In this document: positions 1 to 12,209 of the stretch, piece after piece
Position numbering within the stretch: the first letter of the stretch is position 1
Layout of the letters: every line of letters starts with the position of its first letter
Origin: Trichoplax adhaerens
Lineage: Eukaryota > Animalia > Placozoa
DNA length: 64,000 bases
Assembly: GCF_000150275.1 (NCBI RefSeq)
Contig: NW_002060943.1
Location: 12,423,533-12,487,532, forward strand
Direction: 5' to 3'
Made by a program: the position numbers and the translations under genes
The notes under the pieces: model-generated
What the model was told of the DNA's origin: nothing
The model's database searches: none
The model's input: the letters and a program-made list of their open reading frames with translations, nothing else

Positions 1-3000
1 TTTCCTGAGCCAATCTGGTTGATTCTTTCTCGCATTTTAAGATGAGAAAGAATAGAATAGGATACTGGAATTAGAATGGATAAATCGAGTAGACGATAAA
101 AAATACTTCTTTAAACAAGGAAATATCCATCATTGCTGATTTACGACAGATCAGACTTTGTCCATTTTTTGGAAATTACACTGAATGCAATCAGTCAGGT
201 GCAGAAAGTAATAGAATCAAGCCTAAGAATAGGAAATCTCTGATTGCTTAGGCTAGGAACTAATTCTGCGTAAAATAAACACCGTCTTCTAATAAATGCA
301 ATCATGTGGAATCAGCTATTTATTCTTGAGCAATCTTACTGATTGCTTTCGTAAATTTTGATGTAAACGTGCGCGAGGTAAGAGTTGAAAATTGAATGGA
401 AGGAATAAAGTGATATGCAATAAAGATGAAACTGGACTGAGTTAGTAAGGACAATATTGACCTTTTCTTCTCCAAACAGTTTAATTTAAAATTCGACATG
501 ATCAGTATTGCAATCATAATAAAAATCCAACCAAGCGAAATTATTAAAATTGAAGATAGAAATAATTAGCCTGTAACGCTTAGATTCAATTAATAAGTAA
601 GATAATAATAATTATTGGATATGAGAAATTTATAAATAGGAATCGAAACCGGGACTACGTTAGACGTGATACATCAAGGTGGAATAAAGTTGATTTAGAA
701 AAGAGGATGCTGATCGTTTCTCTTTTCTTATGATGGTTCATTAACTTAGAATTTGATACGATGGTACTACAACCGTAACAAAATAAAATCAATATTAAAT
801 TAATTTGAAATTATTCTTAATTATATAAAAACACATTGATGGCTATTCAAGCTATATTATGCTTAGATTTTCTGTAAAATATGCTAGAACCTGTAATCAA
901 AAGTAAGGTTAAAGTTCAGCCATCTAAACCTCTTGCGTGGTATCAACTTGGAAATTTGACAGCTAGTTTCAAAAGACCTACAATAATTATTTAAGCTTTT
1001 AGGAAGTAATTATTTAACAGGAGGGATGATTAGTAGCAGATTGAAGTTATCATAGACAAAATTTAAAAAAATAAAACTGCAAGATCAATTAATGCAAGAC
1101 ATGAAATTAAAAATAGAGAAGGCAAGTATAATAATCTCTCATATACAAATATGAATAATTATTGTACCATTTGTAGATTGGATGAAGGATATTCATTACT
1201 ACAAATGATCATTAAATTGCATAGAAACTAATGAATCATTTTTGAGGCTATCTTGACTTTCAGCTACGGATAACAATGTCATAGACGGAATGAATGAATT
1301 TCAATTACCCTATTCTATGTAACTCTTGCGATGAGATTCCAGAAACTTTAGAATCACTTTTTGGATATAGTTCTCCTACCCGCGTTATAATAGTGAAAGG
1401 AGGTAGAATCCAATATCCATTTCCAATAGAATTATTTCCCTTAATTTCAGGTTGTAAAATAATGTGTGATAACTTGAGCGAGCTGTGATCTTGCCTGCCA
1501 GCCTACTACAGGAAGAAATTTTCGATTACTATTATGCTCAATGTTGATCAGTACCTGCTGAATTGAATGGCCATAATTATTTTCATTTCTGACATCATGG
1601 GTTGCGATTACAGATAGATCAAGATTAATTTTTAACATGCAAATGGGGAGCCCAGATGGTAAACACTCTAGTTATTTGCTAATGTTTCTATAAATGCGAT
1701 AAATTATCATGTAGAAGGTAGGATTGTAACAAGAGATCTATCTTTTAGGTTAAGAAAGCATTTAGGTCTCTTGGGGGAGGGGATTAATTTGAAGCTAGTT
1801 TGTATATCTACATATCTACTTTAAATACGGGGAGAGAATAAAGATATTACGGAATTGATCAGGTAAGATGCAACCATTCTCATCTATGGATGAATAGAAG
1901 CAATGCGATAGAAACTTGTTAATATTGATTTTAAGCTTAATAAGCTTAAAAAATTGAATGAATAATCTAACATTCCATGAACAACTCGATAAAAAATGGA
2001 ATTTATTTATTATTTATTTCGTAGTATAGGCATTATTGATTGAGTAAGTAAAAAATTGAGACATTCGTCCTTTAGAGCTTTTTATTGCCGCTTAATTGTA
2101 TAACAACTAATTTATTTGAATAAAGTTCATTGCTATACGGTCTAGACTAGGAACATCTAGAATTAACTCTCTCTCTCCTTAAGAGTTGGAGAAAGTATCT
2201 GATTGCTTTAACAACGGACTCAATCATGCTTAGAAATTTTTTTGTTATCATTTTTACGGGAATTATACTTTATAATTTTATACTATTTTTATGGGAATGA
2301 CAACGTATATTAGTGAGCCTAATGATGCAAATTTCGATAAAACTGTCCTTTAAACTGTCGTTTTGATTAAAAATAGAAAATATGAGCCGTAAATTAAAAT
2401 CAACAACCTAATAAATGCCTCAAGGTATCTTTCTATCCAACGTATATGAATAAGTCTGGTGTTGGAAAGTGTTCGTCTTGTAAGCATTTAACAATCTTCT
2501 GGCTCGGTTAGAAATAGAATTAGCATTGATGTTAAACGATAATCGTCGATGTTTATTACGGCGGTGTTAGCTTAAGTTACGAAAGGGGAATGGTATCCAT
2601 GATTAATTAACACAAGTGTGATCAAACTTAAATAAAATATCAATCCATTTTAAGTGTGAACCAACAGGATGCAAGATGGATTTGAAACCAATACTCCCAT
2701 CAGTTAACAATCGTATTGATTATTCTTGATTGATGAAGATTACTTATTCAGCATGAAAAAATCTGCCTGTTTAAACCTTGAATTGTTCTCTTCTCTCATC
2801 ATAATGATGCATAACAGAATAATAATAAAAATTTATTTTCTATTCAAGACCTCAGTCGATCATGAATAAAACAATAATATCACCATAAAGAATAGTTTAA
2901 ATAGATTTGACAAATAGAGAGTTGGCACTGATTAGAGAGTAAACTGCAATGGGAGTAATGGAAGCCGTATTGCTCCTGCTTATACCTGTATATTATTATA

Positions 3001-3729
3001 GTAGAAGGGCAAAGAAGAAGATGAAAACCCCCTCTAACCTTCTAATTATATTGTCTCATTTTTCTTTCCTTAATTTGAAAATATTGTTGTTTAATTAAAT
3101 CAATTCTTTGAAATGGTTGACTAGGCCAGATTCTTCAGTTAAATTAATGATGATGAAGAATGAGACAGTCTTTACTAGGGTCAAAAATGATGCTCTTTAA
3201 ACGAGGATTAAGTCTGTTTACAGTCTGTAAATTGAAATGGCTATTGATGTTGTTAAGGGGCTGCCATCTGTAGCCATTTTCAACTTGACAATATTGTGTA
3301 TTCTCATGGTGATATTGTTTTTGTTACTATCAGTTTTATTTTAAAAGCAAATTATCTCGTCACCTTGTCGATTACCGTATACAAAATTTACTTCATTAGG
3401 TTGTCAACGTAATTCGGCTGATATGTTATCATTCCTACGCTTATGATAAATGTTGATCGATGCAATCTGTTGTCAATAATGGTTTCTTTAAATTATTATT
3501 GAAAAACGCAATTATTGATGGTGGTACTTTTCCTTCTCCTAAACGAGTTTTATTTACCGTAATATCCATATTTCAACGCTGAGACTACTGCCAATATTAT
3601 TGCCATAACAGGAATATGAAGTTAATTTTTATTATTTCGATTTTAATTTATGGTATCCGAACTAAATAGCTACTATTGCAACGAACGATTATATTCTTCA
3701 AAGTGTTAACATTAATAAGTCTGCAGTAC

Positions 3730-4500
3730 ATTTGATCTTTTTGTCAACAATTTGATCATCAACTATACAATGCGCTATGTGGATCGATGATGTTTGACAA
3801 TGCTTCTTAAGCCTCGCTTCTCGTTGAGGATTACTTCAAGGCATTTTACTCTATCTATGCACATTTTAACCTACTACATCTTGATCAAATAGCTACACTT
3901 GTAGTGCATACTTGTGCCACAATTTATGGATCTACACTAAAATTAATTTTTGTCGACAACATTGGATGATCTACGTATTTACTCTTGTCACGTAAGAGTA
4001 TTTTTCACAAAAATCGTCATCGATTCATCTAATGTCTATTTAATTTTTATCGCTAATATTGGATTAAATGAACATCTAAGAAATATCCATTCTTGGCAAT
4101 GTATCATCATCGAGTGCAAAGACTCGATATCAATCATTGATCTTCACTAGATTTAATTTTTTGTCCACAATATTAGATAAACTATCTACTCTAGAAAAGC
4201 AGGATTCTGTTTAAGCCATGATTCGATCTTGATGCTGATCAACACTAGAACTGATTTTTTGTCGACAAGATTAGATGAGATTTCTAGATGAAGTTAATGT
4301 CCTGCTGAATTAGTCACTCTTGTAATGCATCCTTATCTTTGCCACGATTCTATATTTAGTGAATTAAACTAGATTCGATTTGTTAGCGAAAAACCTTGGA
4401 TGAAATATCTTAATGAACTCTTGCAATGCATAATGATCTGGTCCAATAATTCGATTTCATTCGATCCACATGAGATCGGTCTTGTTGTCAATAACATTTA
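3730..4500. repeat. Highly degenerate tandem repeat (~100-120 bp period)
   Basis: A core resembling AATTTTTGTCGACAAYATTRGATGA recurs near 3736, 3945, 4043, 4156, 4254, 4377 and 4480. Confidence 0.55.
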
Positions 4501-5349
4501 GAGTCACTTGACAATACGATTATATTGCTGTTGAAAACGGGCAGCAATTTTTCTTATTCATGATACCTTGCTTTATTCTACTATCAACTGTACAATTCCA
4601 ATATCTATTATGGGCTGATAGATAACGTAATTGCAGCTTTATTCTTCCTCGTGTATAAACGGATTAAATCTTGATAAAATATCCACTTTGCTAGTGCAAA
4701 AATTATTTCAAGACAATTCATTCTTGATTTCATTTAATGGACGTTATTCTCATTTAGACTTTACAATCTTTTGATGACATAGATTGCGATTAATAATTTA
4801 ACTTTATTTTTGATGGAAAAGATTGTTTAATTGATCAACATATCATACTGTCGATTTATCAATTCATTTATTGTATCCTTAATGATGGGAAATCTCTACT
4901 ATTTCCTCCAGTTAATGAATTGCATCTTTTGTCTGTTTGTTGACTTATTCTGCTGTTATTATTTTAACCCACATCTACTTGATGACTTATTATACCTCCT
5001 GTTGTTCATCAAACAATTGTATCTAGATTGTCTACCACTTGATGACTTCATAATTCTTATTATCATGCTGAACAAGAGGGCTGGCCATTTGAAAAAACAG
5101 GATTAACTTAAAAGTAGCATTATACTGGTCAAGAAAATCCACGTCAATAACAAGCTCCAATCAGATAATTACACTCTGCTAATTTCTTCTACATTTAATC
5201 ATAACCAAACAAGTGGTGAGCCATTGTTGAAAGTCGATCGAGCAGTACTGATCGACTTTGCTTGGATATTGCTTAGCCAGTAAATTGATTGCCATTCCTT
5301 GGAATCAAGCAAGACGAAAAAGTCAAGGTGAGCATGATAATATGGAAAA

Positions 5350-5820
5350 AGAGGTAGACAAGTAGTTTGTTCCCATTACAGTATTACTTCATTCCATCCA
5401 CTTGATTTTACTTCAAAATGTATTTTCATTTTCCGTTAATGAAAGAGTGATTTTATCTTATTGATGACATATTTTAATTTAGTTTACAAGCTGAGTTTCC
5501 ACTCTAGCATAGCTTGAAAATACTTTCTGCAGATGGGATCTGTGCAGAGCTAATGAATAGATGTTTCTTTTATTAGATTAATCATGAGAAATAGGTAGAC
5601 AAGTAATTTGTCCGCATCACGGCGTTCTCTTATTCCATTCATCTGATTTCACGTAGAAGCGCATTTTTATTTTCCGTTAAGCAATGATTTCATCTGATCT
5701 AGTCGTTTGATAATTACAGGTTTTCCACTTTCTACTAGTTAACAGTCATATATTTCAGCCCAGCATAGCCTGAAAACTCTTCTGCAGACGAAATCTATGC
5801 TGAACTAATAGATAGATAAT
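5350..5820. repeat. Diverged tandem duplication (~240 bp x2)
   Basis: AGGTAGACAAGTA...ATTTTCCGTTAA...AGCATAGCYTGAAAA...TCTGCAGA occurs at ~5353-5560 and ~5593-5815. Confidence 0.75.
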
Positions 5821-6129
5821 TCTAGCAAGTTTTCTTTTCAATCCATTTGCAATCGATTGCAAATGGCTCAGCTTGTAAATAGAGTAGGATATCGTCGACA
5901 AGTGATTCTTATTTTTAAATTATGCTGGATTTAGAGTGAGAGTGAAATAATCGCATCTATCTAATCTGTTTCATGTCTGCTACTAAATCGCCAATGGGAT
6001 TTTACGCTCTATCTTTTTCCTAATCATTGATCAGCAGTTACCGTATCCAATGTCGTCTATGCTAGGCGAACAAAGTAGTAGCTAAAATAGAAGATGGGCA
6101 GTCTTTCTTAAATCAGTAGTAAAACGGCA

Positions 6130-6635
6130 AGACGTAAAGAGAGAAAATGGATCTACGTTCATTTTTTTAACCTTCTGCACTGGTTTCCAAGTGATTGTAA
6201 ACTTTGTCCTTAAGAGTGGAATCAATAAAATTGTTTGCATGCTTTCCATCTTCCAATGAGAAGTGCCATCTTTTAAAGAAAGGCGAGAAAATGCAAGTTT
6301 AAAGCAAGTTTAGCTTTGTAGACGAGTCATCGATGATCTCGTTCATCGATTGAACATAGGCATTCTTTCTTCCAGTCTGGATTGTTGTAAAATAAAGAAA
6401 GACGAAATGGATCTTATTTTGACATCCAAGTTAAAATTAATTCTAGTTTAATACAGGAATAATCAATGATCTCACTCATGAAAAGAACGAGACATGCTTT
6501 CCTTCTTCTAGTAAGATTTACCATATCCTAAAGGAAGACGAAACTGATCTTATTCAACTAAAATGCTTCAATTTTAATTTAATATGAGGAGTGATCAGTA
6601 AGCTCGCTCATGAAAAGAACGGCATTACTTTAGTT
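6130..6635. repeat. Degenerate tandem repeat (~130 bp period)
   Basis: Recurring motifs CTCRYTCATGAAAAGAACG, CATGCTTTCC.TCTTC and AAAGRAAGACGAAA.TGATCTTATT. Confidence 0.5.
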
Positions 6636-9600
6636 AAATCGTTTAAAAATGCAAGAACTTCAAATATTAAAGATTTAACCGGGGTATCATTATCTTTTGA
6701 AATTAATCTCCAAAAGTTTTCTTTCAGATATCTCGTCCACATCTTATAGTCGTTATGTCTTAATTACTGTCATTAAATCATCAATGATATCATTAATCAA
6801 TCAAGCTAATTACAACGACACCGGTGATCTAATATTAATATTTTCCAATTTTTTTTGCCATTTACCCAATCTTTTCCTATTTCATATAAGATTCTATCGA
6901 CTGTGGCAAGAACCAATTAAGGCTATGAAAAATTTTTCTTTAATTACATTTTATTTGCTATCGTCATCGTATTTATAATAGGGGAATAACATTATGTAAT
7001 TATTTTGTCTTCATCAAAGTCGGTAGTCCTATATATAGCTGCCTGGAGTAAAATCGATTTGCTGTCTATCAGAGAATAAACCTATACATTAGCCGACGAA
7101 AGTCGATAATGTTTCTTCATGGATCTGAATTTTGTTGATGACAGTGTATAGCAATAAGAGGATATCGATATTATGAAGTAGATCATATATACCAACTAAG
7201 TTACTGTATTTTTAGCATCGTGCTTAAACAATAATCCGAAACTAGTCAACTAGTTTACGCGATCATTAAATATCCACTTACTTCAACAGAAGTTACACAA
7301 TTTCGTTCGAGTATTCACTAATACCGGTGTGGAAGATTAATTTAGAAGTACTGCCGTTGGACTGGTAATGATTGGGATTAGATATTTAGTTGTCTTAGTA
7401 GACGTAGCTAGATCTTCAATTTCGCTAGTATGTCTGCTCATATCACGGCAAAATATGGAGAAGAAATAATATAGGGGTAGTGCATGTCATTTAATGTCCA
7501 GTTACTGTAGTAGATGATGCTCAATTTTACTAGCAAATTACCCAATGTCTTTGTAAAATAGCGACCTGAATGTCGGTAATTTCGTTCTCATTGAATAAGC
7601 GATGCAGCCCTTAAGATTGGTAAACCTTAAACTAGCAATTCAGTTAGGATGTTCTCCAATAGTATGATAAAACATAGATCTAGGAGTAGTTGAATAGCTA
7701 TTTGTTGGCATAAGATATCCAATCAAGCATAGCAGGAGGTGCTACATCATAAATTGAGTTAGTTTGCCTGTTTAAGATCATCACAGGATTTTAATCAGTC
7801 TAATGCTAATAAAGTTTGCATTTTCTGCTTTAATCTGCTCTCCTTGACGATCAATTTTCCTTATGCGCTCGGTTAAGAGGATTGTTTAGAATGAAATCGG
7901 TCAACAGCAGTTGAATATCCTCTATCAACCAGTCTGTTAATGAGCTCTTGTTGTTGGCCATCGCAGACATTAGAGTTTATATTAATCTTCCTCAACAATC
8001 GCATCGCTGCCTTTCCAATTAATTATATAATTATTGGAATGTTTATTTCGCTCTATACGCGTACGAAGGCAATATTATACTCAATACTTTACATAATTTT
8101 CCTTTCCTTACGACTTCGTAGCGGCATCTTTGGTCTATAAAAAGGGACAATCATTACGTATTTATTCTTCTGTTTTCATCAGCAAATCGATGCGGAAGAG
8201 TAGATTAGTGCTATTTTAAAACTTTTTAAAACAGGGTAAAACAATTAGCTAATATATCTTTATTATCTTACGATATTCTACGTCATATTTTTAATTATAT
8301 CCCTTCCCTTACAACTACATTACAGCGTTTCATAATGCATAAAATAGGATACGCAGTCGTTGCTTACTCCTCAATTTTTATCAGAAATACGTTACGGAAG
8401 TAATAGATTAGCACTGATGCAAACTTTATGAATCCGATAAAATAATCAAATAACATTGTTTTAATTGTCTCAGCGATCAATGAAGAAAGTAAAGGTCTAA
8501 GCTATTAATTTAATCGTTTAGAACTACTCCGATATTGCATATACTGTATATATTAATTTGTTTTCGATATCTACCTATCCAATCACATCTTATCAAAGTT
8601 ATCACTTGCTGTAATGTTAGATGGAGTAATATCGCGTTATGCTGTAATTGATTTCGCAAACAACACTAATAAGAACTATCCTGACAAAGTATATTTACTC
8701 CTGGTTGGGTTATTAGATGGCCAAAGCATTGTTCTTCATCAAAGACCCTTTGATGAAGAATATTCTTACCAATCATCAGCTATTTAAAATTTTGGCCTTG
8801 ATTGTTTCAGTAGGATGCTGTTGCCTTCATGTTGTTGATAAGGAAGTAGTTCATTATTAGATTGCAAAACATGGACATTTCCTATAGGAGTTGCAGTGAG
8901 TCTATATCGTTCTGACATTTGAGGTCAATGGAATTGGATAGAGAACTGTTATAAAAACCTTGTTGTTATTAGTTAATTAACTTTCGTAGTTGATGCGATA
9001 GCTGATGGTGGCCGCATGCTGTTTAAGGATGATAGAAACAATATGATGAATGTTTAAGATATGACGATGATGATCTATTGCAGACCTTATTTCGCGATAG
9101 ATTAATTATCGTAGTCATTTATGAATTTATTCTGGTTGTCGTCATCAACAGCTTGTATAGGAGAATAGTAGCAACATAAACATACGCCCTGCCGTTCGAT
9201 ATAACTTCTTCAGTCTCATATTAAATTATCCCAGATATCAATCATAATTGCCCATATCTTACAGTGCAGCTTGATACATTATAGTCACAGTATTCTGACT
9301 GACATTATGCTTAAAATTATAGCTGCGATTTCGTCGATATTTACAGCAAATTTTTACACTTTTAATGACTAAATTGCATCAAGGTTGTCTACTATCTTTA
9401 TCTCTGTCAATCATTAATTTTGATTCTGTTGATAAAAATCAAATTACAATAATAGTGAATAATTGTAAAATCCGCCAAAATAATGGTTCTCAGAGAATTA
9501 AAATTTCGACTTCGGCCCCCACCAACTATCTATCTATTGCCACGGTCCTTTCCTGTATCCAGGTTAAGCGATGGCATCTTCGATTATCTTATTAGTTTAA

Positions 9601-9737
9601 GTCATATACTTTTAGCTTTTCTTGAGCTGCTATTTTATCCTATCTCTAATAATATATTTCATTAACTTATCAATATAATCGTTGTGATAGTACTTCATTT
9701 AGCTTTTATTTTAATTTCTTTGTCAGCAATTGAAATT

Positions 9738-10005
9738 ACTATTATATGTCATACCGCCGTACTACAATTAAAATAGATACTAAAGAACGAAATATCTGAT
9801 CAATATTATCGTCTTGATAAGGCTTAATTTGCCTGAATTCGATTCACAATAGGGAATTTGAATGACTACCATATATTATACTATCGTACTACAATTGAAA
9901 TAGATACTAAATGGAAACTGAATAATAAAATAGCTGAACAGTATTATCATTGTGATAAGGCTTAATTTAGCCTAAATGAGATTAATGATAGGGAATTAGG
10001 ATCAC
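9738..10005. repeat. Tandem duplication (~130 bp x2)
   Basis: CGTACTACAATT.AAATAGATACTAAA...TGATAAGGCTTAATTT...ATAGGGAATT occurs twice. Confidence 0.75.
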
Positions 10006-11042
10006 TTGCATAAGGGTTTATCGTGCTACTACAGTTAAATCACTTTACTTAAAAGTCAATAAATATTTCCATTACAAGAATACAAGGTTGGCATAATGTA
10101 TGACGATTATACTGTATTCGCATTCGATGTATGCAAATCTTATATAGTATCGGAAATTTATTGTGTACAACAATTAAACTGTTTCCACAATAATAGGCCG
10201 AAATAAGTTACTATTGATCAAAATTGATTTCGTCACGAAAAGATTTATATTTGTTTATTGCTCTGTATATTAGTAATATTCGTAAGCTTCATATTCTCTT
10301 AACTATAAATCACTTATAAGTTAAATTGTTGATATTATTAATGGTTAATTAATATTTCTCTTTAACCTTAATTAGACGGCAAGAACGGGTTAAAAGTTAC
10401 AACCAGCTGCTCATTTTTTCCATCAAGATAAATCAAATATTAGCGTTTGAATTCATTAATCTTCATTCATCTTAACCTAGAACATTATTGAGACAAAGGA
10501 CAAAAAGCTATTACCAAATAATAGGCGTTATCCTAAAATCAAGAATTGATAGCTCAGGTAAATCAGACCTTGTATTACCTCGAGACAAAATAGGTAATCT
10601 CACTTAATGTTGCAAAGAATTATTGAGAAAATTAGTACTCGGTAGCACCTATTTTCCAAATCAATTATTAAATTGTCTATCAATCATTTTCGAATTAGTA
10701 CTGACCCTTACTCCACCTCCCTGCTTTGGATTTGTTTATCCAAACAAGCTAAAATCACCAAGGTGTCTGGAAATATTGTTTAAAATAGTCGAAAGCGTCA
10801 ACATTATCTACCCAGAATTCAAAGGCTATTTACACTAAAGTCTTTCAATACTAGCCGTCAACCTTGGCAGTAATATCTGTCATTCATTGTATTTCACGTT
10901 GTTGGGCCGTAAAATTTTCCAAGCAAGAAAAGATAAAAAGACTTTATAAAGATCCTAAAGTTAATTCTACTGACATCCTCTGGTAAATTTCAACTCATTT
11001 TTCGGCTGATCAATTCCATCGAAATCATCTAATTGCCAGAAG

Positions 11043-12209
11043 ATGAATTTTAATGCGACTACTTCTAGAACTAGTCCTCCTATAATAAACTGTTCACTGC
11101 CTAATGCTCCTAAGAATGTTATTATGGTAGCAGGACCTCAAGAACCAGATCGAATTGCCTTAATCGTCTTATATTTTGTTATCTTTACTATTGGCTTTGT
11201 TGGCAATTCCTTGGTTTGCTTTATTATCCTGACTAAAAGGGTAGCCATTACAACAACAACTATTTTCCTATGTAATTTAGCCTTTATCGATTTAATCTTA
11301 CTTTTATCACTAGTACCGATGAAAGTGGCTCGCCAATTTACACTAGGTTATATCTTAGGAACAGCATTATGCAAAATTGAAGGCTATCTAGGAACGGTTT
11401 GTTTAGCTAATGCATCCCTAACTTTAGTGGTCATGGGAGTGGATAAATATATTGCTATTGCTAAACCATTCAAAAGGCATTACTTTCGTAAACGATGGGC
11501 AATTGCTATCGTCTGCATCATCTGGATATTAACGTCCTTGGTTATGATGGTGCCATTAATTAATAATGCTGTGGAGTATTTCTATTATCAGCCAGCTGCA
11601 ACATGCATCGGTTTCTGCTATTCCTACTGGAATTCATTAGTTGCAGCCCGTATTTATTACGTTTTTGTTCTATCCTTTGATTTCATCTGTCCATCTTTGA
11701 TGATAATTTATTTCTATTCTACCATCGCCATCTATGTTATTAAGACAAAACGTATGCATCGCTATGGCTTAGTCAAGAAATTCTATTCTAGGCGGAAAAG
11801 GCAAATCTTGAAAATGCTAATTGCGGTGGTGGCTGCTTTTTATGTCTGTTGGACACCTTACAGTATCTTAACCCTCTTACGGGTCTTTCGTACAATTAAT
11901 ATAAATACTGTGCCTTATTTACGACAACTGAGTAATTATTTCCTCCTGCTAACATTTTGTAGTGCTGCTATTAATCCAATTATTTATGGTTTATATCATG
12001 AAAACTTTAAAGCAAGTATGAAATTAATGTATAGCGCATCAACTCGAACTCATTCCTATACCATTTCTCGTACTCGAACAATCAGTCGTACGTCGACGGC
12101 TGGCAGTTTTAATGCACGAAATGCGGAAAGGCAAAAAAGTATTATGCGCCATAAATTGGCTGTCTTGCGGGCTAATTCTAACCAGCAATCAGAAGTAGCT
12201 AAAGTTTAA
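11043..12209 (+). CDS. Intronless rhodopsin-family (class A) GPCR, peptide-receptor-like, 388 aa
   Basis: Seven hydrophobic segments with GN (TM1), LAFID (TM2), CKI at the top of TM3, DKY in place of DRY, CWTP (TM6) and NPIIY (TM7). N-terminal N-glycosylation sequons NAT and NCS; Ser/Thr-rich C-tail. Confidence 0.95.
   Translation: MNFNATTSRTSPPIINCSLPNAPKNVIMVAGPQEPDRIALIVLYFVIFTIGFVGNSLVCFIILTKRVAITTTTIFLCNLAFIDLILLLSLVPMKVARQFTLGYILGTALCKIEGYLGTVCLANASLTLVVMGVDKYIAIAKPFKRHYFRKRWAIAIVCIIWILTSLVMMVPLINNAVEYFYYQPAATCIGFCYSYWNSLVAARIYYVFVLSFDFICPSLMIIYFYSTIAIYVIKTKRMHRYGLVKKFYSRRKRQILKMLIAVVAAFYVCWTPYSILTLLRVFRTININTVPYLRQLSNYFLLLTFCSAAINPIIYGLYHENFKASMKLMYSASTRTHSYTISRTRTISRTSTAGSFNARNAERQKSIMRHKLAVLRANSNQQSEVAKV

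Noticed and set aside
320-10838. Short ORFs of 60-93 aa in the first 11 kb
   Set aside because: Composition typical of AT-rich non-coding DNA, many non-ATG starts, no domains.
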